Positions 13,135-24,692 of a stretch of DNA of 64,000 nt are shown piece by piece. The notes beneath the pieces were generated by a model. The model was not told the DNA's origin and did not search any database. It saw only the letters and a list, made by a program, of their open reading frames with translations. The translations under genes were made by a program, and so were the position numbers. Source of the stretch: Octopus vulgaris (lineage: Eukaryota); assembly GCA_951406725.2 (NCBI GenBank), contig OX597839.1:36580001-36644000 (forward strand). The letters run 5' to 3'. Within the stretch, counting starts at the first letter, position 1; each line of letters begins with the position of its first letter.

Positions 13135-13572
13135 ATACCCTCCAGCCTTCTTCAAGTGTCTTGGGGAAATTTGGAACCTGGGTTCTCATTCCTAAGGTAT
13201 TTTTCGATGTTGTTATTATTATTATTATTATTATCTTTATTATTCAGGTTGGTACCTGGAATCGAACTTGGAATCTTGGGGTTAGTATCCCACACTCTTA
13301 ACCACTTCGCCATGGGCTTTTGTTCCTTAGTTGTTTGCTTTATACAAGTGTGATTCCAGATAGCGACCTGAATAATAATAATAATAATAATAATAACATC
13401 GAAAAATACCTTAGGAATGAGAACCCCGGTTTGAAATTTCCTCAAGACACCTGATGAAGGCTTGGAGGGTATATCAGCCGAAACATTGTGTTGACAACAA
13501 ACAAGATGAGGACAAATATTCGTCAAATGTAAATAATGTAAATAATTCCTCATCTCTTAAATATAGAACTGT
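13135..13572. mobile_element. Inverted (head-to-head) dimer of a tRNA-head + (AAT)n + hammerhead element (family E), copy 1
   Basis: Left arm 13135-13314 is the reverse complement of right arm ~13352-13475. Minus-strand head has A box TGGCGAAGTGG and B box GTTCGATTCC. Right arm contains CTGATGA-stem-GAAA. Confidence 0.85.
13446..13492 (+). ncRNA. Minimal type I hammerhead ribozyme motif (stem III mutated)
   Basis: GACAC CTGATGA A GGCT-tggagggtatatc-AGCC GAAA CA TT GTGTT; stem I GACAC/GTGTT; ACGT palindrome changed to ACAT. Confidence 0.65.
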
Positions 13573-13584
13573 CATATATACATA

Positions 13585-13960
13585 TCTCTTATTTGTTTCA
13601 GTCATTAGACTGTGGCCATGCTGGGGCACCACCTACAATAATTTTAGTTCAACAAATTGACCCCAGTATCTACTATTTTTAAGCCTGGTACATTTTCTGT
13701 CAGTCATTTTTGCTAAGCTATTAAGTTACTGGGACATAAACAAACCAACACTGATTGTTAATTGATGGTGGGAGGAACAAACACAGACACACACATATGA
13801 AGGGCTTCTTCCAGTTTCCATCTATCGAATCTACTCACAAGGCTTTTTTTGGCTCAAGACTACAGTAAAGACACTTGCTCAAGGATGCCATGTAGTGGGA
13901 CTAAACCCAGAACCATGTAGGTGGGAAGTAAATTTCTTACTACACAACCACGTCTGCACC
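13585..13960 (-). mobile_element. Older, diverged SINE family A copy
   Basis: TTGTTTCAGTCATTAGACTGTGGCCATGCTGGGGCACC ... GTGGGACTAAACCCAGAACCATG. Confidence 0.7.
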
Positions 13961-14069
13961 TAGATTATATACACATACACATACACATGTATGTATGTAT
14001 ATGCAGGTTTGTGCATTTGTTTACATCTGCAGCTGCTTGTACAAAAGTGCTGCAGGCAGTGTTGTTGGG

Positions 14070-14275
14070 AATTCCTTATCAACAAATTATTAGGGAGCTT
14101 TGTGTCTTTGAAGTCAAGTGGAATAAAAGTTCCTTTACTTATAATACAGGTAAGGGTTAGTGTCAGGACATGTGTCTCTCTGTAAAACAATACCTCAAAC
14201 AACATTCATCCAACCCATGCAAGCATGGAGAAACAGGCGTAGAATCAAAGAACAAATAAACGCAGTTTATCTTCA
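14070..14275. repeat. 206-bp direct repeat, copy 2
   Basis: Nearly identical to 11893-12098. Confidence 0.9.
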
Positions 14276-15034
14276 ATTGTTTTTGCAAATAGATAGTATT
14301 TTAATAAATTATGTCTGGTTTCATCCCATAGCTACTTACAAAGACTGTAACAAAATGGTATGTTATACACACATTATTAATTAACCAGACAGTTTAGTCA
14401 TATGCATTGCATACTGAAAACATGAACCAGGTCACAAGAGCATAATGGACCAAGGAAGAGAATTGAAAACAAAAATACAAGTTTCTGGGTAAAGTGACGG
14501 TATTGTACTAATTCTTTTTTTTTTCCTAGTTTATACATTGTTCTGGGTAAGATGAAAAATTTAACAGTCATTTATTTTGCTAATAGAAATGGAACGATGG
14601 CTTCTACAGTGTGACATAATGGGACATATTTCTACATCATAAAGAAAAGAAATAACCATTATGATGTCCAGAACAAGTTTATTTTATGTTATAAATAGAC
14701 ATATTTTAAATATTCTCTTATTCATGAACCTTACACTTTGCATTTCTGATATGTCACCCAGTATAAACCAACGTTTGTAAAATTTTAACTCTTTTCTGAT
14801 GCTTGTCATTATTCTTAATTCAAAGTTTGATCGTTGTCGTTAAGAATATCCAACATTTTTGTTCCCATATTTCTCTTGGAATTCACTACTTTTGTTTCAA
14901 TTAATTTTGAAAATACCGAAGAATTTAGTAAATTAACTCATTATTAAAGCTGGTGATTGAAACGAACTGTGAACTCAGTTACTCAATGGTTTGTGTAGCT
15001 TGGGGATCAGGGAGTCTCTTGAAGTTGAGCTGCT

Positions 15035-15424
15035 ACTCTCTTTTACTCTTTTACTTGTTTCAGTCATTTGACTGCGGCCATGCTGGAGCACCGCCTTTTT
15101 AGTCGAGCAAATCGACCCCAGGACTAATTCTTTGTAAGCCGAGTACTTATTCTATCGGTCTCTTTTGCCGAACCGCTAAGTAACAGGGACGTAAACACAC
15201 CAGCATCGGTTGTCAAGCGATGTTGGGGGGACAAACACAGACACACAAACACATATATATATGACAGGCTTCTTTCAGTTTCCGTCTACCAAATCCACTC
15301 ACGAGGCTTTGGTCGGCCCGAGGCTATAGTAGAAGACGCTTTCCCAAGGTGCCACGCAGTGGGACTGAACCCGGAACCGTGTGGTTGGTAAGCAAGCTAC
15401 TTACCACACAGCCACTCCTGCGCC
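15035..15424 (-). mobile_element. SINE family A, full length
   Basis: Complete head to tail; short flanking duplication GCTGCTA. Confidence 0.9.
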
Positions 15425-15726
15425 TGCTGCTAATTCACATTGAGAGGACACAGTTCCAGTACTACAGATTTGTGATTAGAAAATCACAGGAAAGAATCGC
15501 AAGATGGATTCCTTAAGTGGAGACAACCAGCAAGAAACACAGATGTAAATCAAGAACGAACAAAAGGGTTGGCTAATAGCCATAGTTTCAGTTGGTTATA
15601 CCTTGGGATCCAACCAGAAAGTGTAATGTTTGTTGCTTCTTAAAAGATTTTATAGGGGAGGTGTCTGAAGAATCTACTCCAACAACCCTCTCAGGAATAG
15701 TGGGCAGAGAAGACAGAAGGTTTTAA

Positions 15727-15947
15727 CCCTTTCATTACCATATTTATTTTGAGATGCTCTGTGTTTCTTTCAATTATTTTAAATATAACGAAGAATTTAG
15801 TAAAATAACTTAGTTATCATTAAGCTGGTGTTAGGAACATAAATTGTGACTAAGGCTTGGTGGAAGATTTTAATTCAAAACTTATGAAAACAAGACATTT
15901 GTACTACAGAGCCAGAGGCGGTTTTGGCCAGGTTGCTAATGAAAGGG
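15727..15947. mobile_element. piggyBac-type MITE (family P1)
   Basis: TTAA at 15723-15726 and 15948-15951; perfect 11-bp TIR CCCTTTCATTA / TAATGAAAGGG; partial copies follow at ~15962-16170. Confidence 0.85.
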
Positions 15948-16454
15948 TTAACTTGGGTCATTTTAACCCTTTTATTACCATATTTCTTTTGAAATACATG
16001 TCCTTTGCTTTGGTATTGAAAATGATGTATTTAGTAAAATTATGAAAGTTTTAGCTTAGATGACTTTAACCCTTTTGTTACCATATTTTTCTTGAAATAC
16101 ACCGACTCAGCCTCACTTGATTTAGAAAAATAACAAGAAATTAAATAACATTGTTGTTATTAAGCTGATGCCATCTACACTCGCTATGTTGGCCTATATG
16201 TAAACCTTAATCCCTTAATCTTCACCTGTTGTGAAGTGACACTATATCTTCACACAATACATCCTCCACCCACTCCCCACCACTATGTGATTTCTGTCTT
16301 GTCAGGCAGGTGCACAGACTTCAACAAAGACTTGAGACTTTCTCTGACCGTATTCCTTATGAAACAAATTGTTTTAATTCATTTAAAATGTAATCAAGAA
16401 TTAGGGCATCATCATCATTAATTACTTTATCAATCTTGTATGTGGAATCTTGTC

Positions 16455-16683
16455 GGTGAGCTGGTAGAAATGTTAGCATGCCGGGCGAAATGCTTAGCTG
16501 TATTTCGTCTGTCGTTACGTTCTAAGTTCAAATTCCGCCGAGGTCGACTTTGCCTTTCATCCTTTCGGGGGCGATAAATAAAGTACCAGTTTCACACTGG
16601 GGTCGATGTAATCGACTTAATCCCATTGTCTGTCCTAGTTTGTCCCCTCTATGTTTAGCCTCTTGTGGATAGTAAAGAAATAT
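16455..16683 (+). mobile_element. SINE family B
   Basis: GGTGAGCTGGTAGAAATGTTAGC...GTTCAAATTCCGCCGAGGTCGAC...AGTAAAGAAATA. Confidence 0.85.
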
Positions 16684-16873
16684 ATATTACAAAAGGTGTG
16701 TGTGTGTGTGAGGAAGAGAAAGGTGCAGGTATGGTTGTGCAGTGAAGAAGCTGGTTTTAGGTTCAGTCCTATTGTATGGCAGTTTTGGGAAAGTGTATTT
16801 TGCTATAACTCCAAGCAAAGCAAAGCCTGTTAGTGGGTTGGGTGATAGAAACGGAAAGAAACCCATTGTGTAT

Positions 16874-16906
<33 letters not shown>

Positions 16907-17147
16907 TTGTCTTGACATTATATGACACTTGTAAACAAGTGTCATGATCATGCAAGTGGTATATTTTGTTTCCAATAAACAAGTCTGGCCATGGGAAAAC
17001 ATTACTTTGCTTGGGAACAAGAGAGGTCAGGCAACAGCGAAAGCTTTTAAATTTAATTAAAATTCCAGTTATTTCTGCTGTCTGTTTTGCCCAGGGTTAT
17101 TGATAACAATTATTTTCAGTATTAAGAATTTGGTTTCAAATGAAATG

Positions 17148-17409
17148 CCTCGCCTGGCCTCCGTGCCGGTGGCATGTAAAAAGCACCATCCGATCGTGGC
17201 CATTAGCCAGCCTCGTCTGGCACCTGTGCCAGTGGCACGTAAAGAGCACCCACTACACTCATGGAGTGGTTGGCGTTAGGAAGGGCATCCAGCCGTAGAA
17301 ACATTGCCAGATCAGACTGGGCCTAGTGCAGCCTTCTGGCTTCCCAGACCCCAGTTTCACTGTCCAACCCATGACAGCATGGAAAGCAGACGCTAACGAT
17401 GATGATGAT
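17148..17409 (+). mobile_element. SINE-like family C
   Basis: GTGGTTGGCGTTAGGAAGGGCATCCAGC ... AACGATGATGATGAT tail; another diverged copy at ~18060-18325. Confidence 0.85.
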
Positions 17410-17552
17410 CATCATCATCATGTCAAGGATGCTGGTGCCAAATTGGGAAGTTAAAATTTCTTTAAAATTCCAAAGTGGAATATTGCAAATTATTGGACCA
17501 GTTTGTTGGTTAATGCTTTAGCGAATTATTGGACCAGCTATTTGTTGGTTAA

Positions 17553-18018
17553 CCCTTAAGCATTTAAACCAGTCATATCAGATCCAAATACTCTACTTGT
17601 TTTATGTTCAAACCAGCCAGATCCAGCGTCTCACACCTACCCTACAATGTCTTTCTAAAAATAAATAATCACATCATTGAAATCTTGAAATTTCGAGATA
17701 ATGCATGATTAATTAAAAAAGAAGTGAGTAAATATGCATTAAATTTGGCAGAGTAATCTATTTCTTTATTACTCACAAGGGGCTAAACACAGAGGGGACA
17801 AACATGGACAGACATAGGTATTAAGTCGATTACATCGACCCCAGTGCGTAACTGGTACTTAATTTATCGACCCTGAAAGGATGAAAGGCAAAGTCGACCT
17901 CGGCGGAATTTGAACTCAGAACGTAACGGCAGACGAAATACGGCTACGCATTTCGCCCGGTGGGCTAACGGTTCTGCCAGCTCGCCGCCCTTGACAGAGT
18001 AATCTGAACGGTAAAGGG
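17553..18018. mobile_element. piggyBac-type MITE (family P2) interrupted by a SINE B
   Basis: TTAA flanks at 17549-17552 and 18019-18022, CCCTT...AAGGG ends; colinear with the uninterrupted copy at 36679-36898. Confidence 0.85.
17760..17990 (-). mobile_element. SINE family B nested in MITE P2 with 15-bp TSD
   Basis: TTGGCAGAGTAATCT at 17745-17759 and TTGACAGAGTAATCT at 17991-18005. Confidence 0.9.
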
Positions 18019-19554
18019 TTAAGCAAGGGACAGGTGCTCAAGAAATTCTTTGGCATTATGTCGCGCATGTGAAGAAGACCCGTCAAGCCAAGAAAAATCA
18101 GTCATGGCAGATATTGGTGTCACGCAAATGGCACCCATGCTAGTGGCAGGTAAAAACATCCATTAGACTCTCAGAGTTGTTGGCATTAAGAAGGGCATCC
18201 AGCTGTAGAAAACTATACCAAATCAGACTGGAGTCTGGTGCAGCCTTCCGGGTTACCAGCACTGGTCAAACCGTCCAACCCATTCCAGCATGGACAACGG
18301 ATGTTAAATGATGATGATGATGATGAAAGTGAACTGGTCAATGTTGAAAGGACATCGTCTCTTCTGTTGTAGATTGCCCTCTTTTATGGATACATAAAGA
18401 GGATGAAGGAGGTGGACAAGGCTAGCAGCAATGTATTGAGAAATGAGTTTAAGAGGGGAATTGTAAATTGGGTTTTTAATACCATGTTACTGCTTCCAAT
18501 TAAAAAGGGAGAGAGAAGAGGGGCTGGGGAGAGTCGGTGAAGAGAGACAGGAGAATGGGAGAAGTGGAGAGAAGGGGACAAAAGGAACGGGGAGAGGGAG
18601 ACAAAAGGAATGGGGAGAGAGAGACAAAAAAGTGGGGAGAAGGAGACAAAATGAGGGAAGTGGAGGAAGAGAAAGAGGAAAGTAGAGGAAAAGAGAGGGG
18701 GAGTGCAGGGAGAGAGAGAGAGAAAGGAGAAAAATGAGGAATAATATAAAGCAACCCATGTAGGTCACTGGTTAAAGAGTATTCTTAATCAGATTATTGA
18801 TAACAGGATTTAAAACAAGAGCCACAGAACAATAGAATAAGTCTCTGGGACAACACACACACACACACACATCTATACATATACAAAAACACTATTTTAT
18901 TTTTTTAATAGTTTCATTCAGAGTACAGGCCATGCTGGGATATCAACTTCAACAAAGGGGTTGGAGGGGGGGGACGCAGGTTAGTCAGTTATATTGATCT
19001 CCAGCACAAGTTGCATTCTGGTCCTTATTTTATTGATCTTCTTTAGTCAAACCACTAAGTCAGAGCAGTAGAAGAGACTGGGGGAGGGGGAGGGGGAGAG
19101 GAGGTTCTGTGTGAATGCTAAACCAAGGGGTCAGAAGAAATATGTGCCGGCAGGGCTGAAAGCTGAGAGTGATGGTCTTAAAAAAGAAAAGAAAAAAAAA
19201 CCTCCAGGAAAAAAAGGGCAGAAATATATTTTACACAGGATGTTAAAAAAAAATGTAAAAACACATTTTACAAGAGAAACCATGTCATTGATTATAACTC
19301 TTCTCCCTTCCTGCCAAACTCCTGATCAAAGAAGAGGAACTGTGACTACTCACCAAACCCTATTTTAAGACAGTGTTAAAGTGTGGACAGCTGTATAAAT
19401 AAATCAGCCCTTGGACAGCTGGGAGAGCACAGGTGGGGAGATAGACTCTATAGATATGATGTACTATTATAGAAAGTAATCTGTTATGGGTGTCTTTTAG
19501 TTCTTAAATAATGTTGTAGGTATATATTTAGAAACAAATGCTGTGTAGCCAAAT

Positions 19555-19960
19555 TGCAACACACCTGCTGCACACAGCCCGGCCACACAACGCACCTGTT
19601 GCGTGCAGCCCGGCCACGCAACGCACCTGTTGCACACAGCCTGGCCATGCAACGCACCTGTTACGTGCAGCCTGGCCACGCAACGCACCTCTTGTGCACA
19701 GCCCGGAACACAACGCACCTGCTGCACACAGCCCGACTACGCAACACACCTGCTGCACAGCCCGACTCCACAACACACCTGCTGCACACAGCCTGACTCC
19801 ACAACACACCTGCTGCACACAGCCCGACTCCACAACACACCTGCTGCGCACAGCCCGACTCCGCAACACACCTGCTGCACACAGCCCGACTCCGCAACAC
19901 ACCTGCTGCACACAGCCCGACTCCACAACACACCTGTTGCACAGTCTGACTCTGCACAGT
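19555..19960. repeat. 30-31 bp GC-rich minisatellite, ~13 units
   Basis: Unit GCAACACACCTGCTGCACACAGCCCGACTCC and variant ACAACGCACCTGTTGCACACAGCCCGGCC. Confidence 0.92.
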
Positions 19961-20939
19961 CTTGATGCACAGTCTAACACCATAGTACACCAGCTGATGT
20001 GTGTCCCAAGAGCACAACATAACAGCTCTGTAATCCAACAGTAAGACACACCAACTATTAGGGACTTTGACCACAACATTCTTAATATACAATCCAACAC
20101 CACCACCGACACACCAGTTGTAGTTGTGCTTTCCAACACTATAAACACACCAGGTGTTCAAACACGTTTCAGTTAAACAGATATGAACCACACCAGATTT
20201 CAGAGACATAAAATACAATATTGAAAATAAAAAAAGAAGTCAAAAAGAAATAGATAATTTCAAAATATCTCTCAGAAGAATTCCATTAAAAATTCTTCCA
20301 GATTAGATTTGTTTTTTTTTTATCAAATTTCTTGAGCATAAATTATGACAACTTCCATTCCTAAATATCAAAAAATCCCTTTTCTAAGGATAAAAGCATT
20401 TTCTTAGAAGATAACATTTCCAAATGGTAAGTAGAGTTACAAATGAAACAACATTATGTCTTCATGCCAGATGTATTTCTCGGGTAGATTTCAAAAACAT
20501 TTGACATGTAGAGAGAATTTCTATTTTGGCTTTGGTTTTTGCAACATAGCCACAATATGATGGAATTTTCTGATAAATGAAGGTGTTAAGGGGATTATGG
20601 ACTAGCTTACATTTCATGAGGTAGAGGAAGGAACTTTTAAAATACCTGCTTCGGGCTATATATATATATATTATACACATACATACATACATACATACAT
20701 ACATAGACACACACACACATTGAGCTTACCGTATTTAGATAACAAACTTAAACTAGGATTTAACGGTTTACACCTACTCAAGTGTGTAGAAATAGGAAAA
20801 AAGAGGCTTCTTTTTTTGTTTTTTAATAAATGTCATAATATATTCTTCTAATTAAAAGAAAACTCGAGTCACTAGAGTTTTGTGCCTCCTGCAATATGGA
20901 AGAAACAATTTAAATGCTTTGGAAAAAAGTAAAATTTTT

Positions 20940-21343
20940 GCAGGAGTGGCTGTGTGGTAAGTAGCTTGCTAACCAACCACATGGTTCCGGGTTCAGTCCC
21001 ACTGCATGGCATCTTGGGCAAGTGTCTTCTGCTATAGCCCCGGGCCGACCAATGCCTTGTGAGTGGATTTGGTAGACGGAAACTGAAAGAAGCCTGTCGT
21101 ATATATGTATATATATATATATGTGTGCGTCTTTGTGTGTCTGTGTTTGTCCCCCTAGCATTGCTTGACAACCGATGCTGGTGTGTTTACGTCCCCGTCA
21201 CTTAGCGGTTCGGCAAAAGAGACCGATAGAATAAGTACTGAGCTTACAAAGAATAAGTCCCAGGGTCGATTTGCTCGACTAAAGGCGGTGCTCCAGCATG
21301 GCTGCAGTCAAAATGACTGAAACAAGTAAAAAGAGTAAAGAGT
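20940..21343 (+). mobile_element. SINE family A, full length
   Basis: GCAGGAGTGGCTGTGTGGTAAGTAGC head to GTAAAAAGAGTAAAGAGT tail. Confidence 0.9.
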
Positions 21344-21774
21344 AATGTGCAGGCATGCCTCTGTGATTGAGAAGTTCACTTTGCAACCATGTGGTTTTAA
21401 GTTCAATCCCATGTAACACCCTGCGCAAGTGTCTTCTACAATAGTTGCAGGCATCTGGATAAATATTGTAAATATACAGTGAAGATAAAGCTTGTGTGTG
21501 TGTGTATAGATATCATCATCATTTAATGTTTATCTCCGTGCTGGCAAGGGTTGGATGGTTTGACAGGAGTCGGCCAGTTGGAGAACTGCCCAGGTTCTAT
21601 TTTGTCTGTTTTGGCACGGTTTTTATGGCTGGATGCCCTTTCTGATGCCAACCACTTTAAAGAGTGTACTGGGTACTTTTAACATGGCACAAACACCCAC
21701 CAACCCACAAAGCTAGGACCGCTCAACTGAGGCAGGGACATAAAGAACGTGCCTGCATGTATGGACGGCCACGA

Positions 21775-22108
21775 AGTCATTGGATTGTGGCCATACTGGG
21801 GCACTGGCTTAAAGGTTTTTAATTGAACAAATCAATCCCGATATTTGTTTTCTTAAAGTCTGGGGTTTATTCTATTAGTATATTTTGCTGAACTGCTACG
21901 TTACAAGGACATAGAGACCACCAACACTTGTTGTCAAGCAGTGGAAGTGGCAACACAAAAATACGCACACAACACACACAACGGGCTTCCACAGTTTGCA
22001 ACCAAATTCACTCACAAGTTACGGGGACGTAAACACACCAGCATCGGTTGTCGAGCGATGTTGGGTGGGGGACAAACACAGACACACAAACATACACACA
22101 CACGTGCA

Positions 22109-22148
<40 letters not shown>

Positions 22149-22445
22149 CGAAATCCGCGATGAGGAATCAGTTTCTGACTGAAGAACGAAGGCTTTGAAT
22201 GACCCGTTTGTCTTTCTGTTCGTCCCTTTGTGTATTTCACGTTATTTATTTATGTAAAGGTTTATTATCTATATATATATACACATACACATACATACAT
22301 ATATACGACGGGCTTCTTTCAGTTTCCGTCTACCAAATCCACTCACAAGGCTTTGGTCAGCCTCGTAGAAGACACCAACCGAAGGTGCTGTGCAGTGGGA
22401 CTGAAACCTAAAGCACATGACTGCAAAGCGAATTTCTTAACCATA
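21775..22445 (-). mobile_element. Nested/diverged SINE family A pieces with an unrelated insert in the internal microsatellite
   Basis: Family A 3' part repeated twice (21775-22015, 22017-22105), (TATC)n, foreign 22148-22268 segment, then the family A 5' part. Confidence 0.65.
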
Positions 22446-22749
22446 GAGCAATGCCTGTGTTTATTCTATTATTAAACCCAAAACACAACAGAAAAAAAAA
22501 GCAGAGGCAGATGGTGGAGGGGTGAATAAGTGAGGTATATGATTACTTTATATTAAAAATAAATATTCTGGAGCAGAATGAATGGCGATGGAAAATGGTT
22601 AAGTAGAATGGAGGGGGGACAAAGGTGGGGGGGTGAAGCTAATACGATAGATTGTTTATGAAGAGATGAGAAGGGGGGGAGAAGTAGAGAGATAAAGGAG
22701 ATATTTCTATATAAATATAGAAAAGATAAAGTGGTAGAGAGATAAAAAC

Positions 22750-23019
22750 ACATACATATACACAAATATACACATACATATACACAAATATACATACATA
22801 TGCACAAATATACATACATATGCACAAATATACACATATATATACACATACATATACACAAATATACACATACATATACACAAATATACACATACATATG
22901 CACAAATATACACATACATATACACAAATATACACATACATATGCACAAATATACACAAATATACACATACATATACACAAATATACACAAACATATACA
23001 CATACATATGCACAAATAT

Positions 23020-23060
<41 letters not shown>
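22750..23060. repeat. 22-bp minisatellite derived from CA/TA microsatellite
   Basis: Unit CACATACATATACACAAATATA. Confidence 0.9.
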
Positions 23061-23062
<2 letters not shown>

Positions 23063-23354
23063 AATGTACATACACACGCACATATATACATACATATCTA
23101 AAGAGGAGACCGAAAGAAGCAGGGACATAGGAATGTGTTGTGGTAGAGAGACTAAAGAATGAACGAAGCAACACAATAACATTCCACGATCAAATAACAA
23201 CAGCAGAGGCTGCCATGTCCCCTTTTTACGGCTCCCTTAGCAGCAGCTTGCGTGAGGTGACACATATGACAACAACTCCAGTTATGTGCCGCTTCTGCAC
23301 CGCCACCAACGCCACCGCCAACACCACACATCTACTGCTGCTGTATTTTGTCAC

Positions 23355-23635
23355 TGCACTGCCACCACCACCTTCGACGACAACGCCGCCGCCACCACCA
23401 CCATAAAAAATACCCCCGTCATCAACACCACCACCACCTTCGACAACAACGCCGCCACCACCACCATCATCAACAACACCGCCGCCGTCACCACCACCAC
23501 AAAAAAACACCCCGTCATCAACACCACCATCGACAACAACGCCGCCACCACCGTCATCATCAACAACACCGCCGCCGTCACCACCACCACCACCACCGCA
23601 AAAAACACCCCGTCATCAACACCACCACCATCAAA
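23355..23635. repeat. (CAC/CAA/CGC) cryptic trinucleotide tract with ~90-bp tandem duplications
   Basis: AAAAAA(C/T)ACCCCGTCATCAACACCACCA recurs at ~23405, ~23502 and ~23600. Confidence 0.85.
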
Positions 23636-24085
23636 CGAGGCAATGTCGCCACCACTTCGTCTCAATTGTAGTCTTTTATATGAAACGTGTGTATACATGT
23701 AGGTGCGTGTACACACGGTGTGACAAGCAGCAGGTTAGTAGAGTGTATAACAGGACTACTGATAGCTTTAGTAAGGTACAACAACTCTTCATACACACAC
23801 ACACACACACACACATGCATATAGTGTGTGTAGAAAATATGGTGGTGGGGATCTCCGCCGTTCGATCAACTATTCCTAAATTAACGTCTATGTGACTGAG
23901 TGTTCCACATAGACGTAACCTGAAGGTAATTCTTAGGCAAGAATTAAATATATAAAAAATATTAGTTTCTGCTGTTGGTGCTACTCTACACTGTATGTAT
24001 ATACAATGTCGTCTTAAGCCTTGGACATACCCAAGGTCTGACGGGCTTTAGGGACCTAATTTTGATCTAAGTAATGCTGTGACTT

Positions 24086-24280
24086 ACGGAGATGTACTTG
24101 CATAGCAAGTGACCTGATCTGAGATCGTGTGCTGAAACGAAAAACAATTGCAGTGTGGAAGGTGTTTGTAAGCCATTTAAGAAACACACAAAAGCCGATC
24201 GAATATTCACTTCAACATTTAAGTTTAATTTGTCAAAAAATATTTTCGTCGCTTTAAGACCGCGACCTGTTCACTGTGAC
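24086..24280 (-). mobile_element. Short insertion with 9-bp TSD ending in a hammerhead-like motif
   Basis: CTGTGACTT at 24077-24085 and 24274-24282 brackets ~190 bp of non-microsatellite sequence. Confidence 0.6.
24232..24280 (-). ncRNA. Candidate minimal hammerhead ribozyme with swapped G3-C8 core (GUGAACA)
   Basis: Minus strand: GTCACA GTGAACA G GTCGC-ggtcttaaa-GCGAC GAAA ATAT TT TTTGAC; perfect 5-bp stem II, palindromic stem III, stem I 5 of 6 paired. Confidence 0.5.
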
Positions 24281-24692
24281 TTGTAGTTAGTAAATACTAG
24301 AGGACCCGATGGACCTACATTGCTAAGACGGCTCCTGTGTGTGTGTAGGTTCATTTTCGTTTACAAACACACACACGTATATTGTTATTGTGAAACATGT
24401 TTGGTGTTGAAACAAAAACAGCAAAACATGCTGCTTATGTTGTGTATACGTAATGTACCTGTATGCATGTGTAAGAATGTATGTATACTGTGTGTGCCAG
24501 TGCAAGTCTTCCAGTGAGCTATGTGTGGGTTTTGTATTTATATACAACACACACGTGTTTGCTATTGTTTAGCTATAAGGTCAGTCCTCACCCAGCAGAC
24601 CTACCATCAAAACGCATTCCGCTTACAACAAAAGTTTCGCCATTGTTTTGGGGGTTTTTTCAGAAATTTTTTAGAAGCTAATGTATATAAAC

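Noticed and set aside
11893-14275. LTR retrotransposon or TRIM defined by the 206-bp direct repeats
   Set aside because: No TG...CA termini, TSD, primer-binding site, polypurine tract or gag/pol remnants.
19497-20218. Cys-rich keratin-associated or metallothionein-like ORFs
   Set aside because: They arise from a 30-31 bp minisatellite whose period shifts the frame; overlapping ORFs on both strands and no splice or start context.
23140-23716. Poly-His/Pro/Thr or Gly-rich protein (also 31914-32657)
   Set aside because: Cryptic (CAC)n low-complexity DNA open in most frames, with no recognisable domain.
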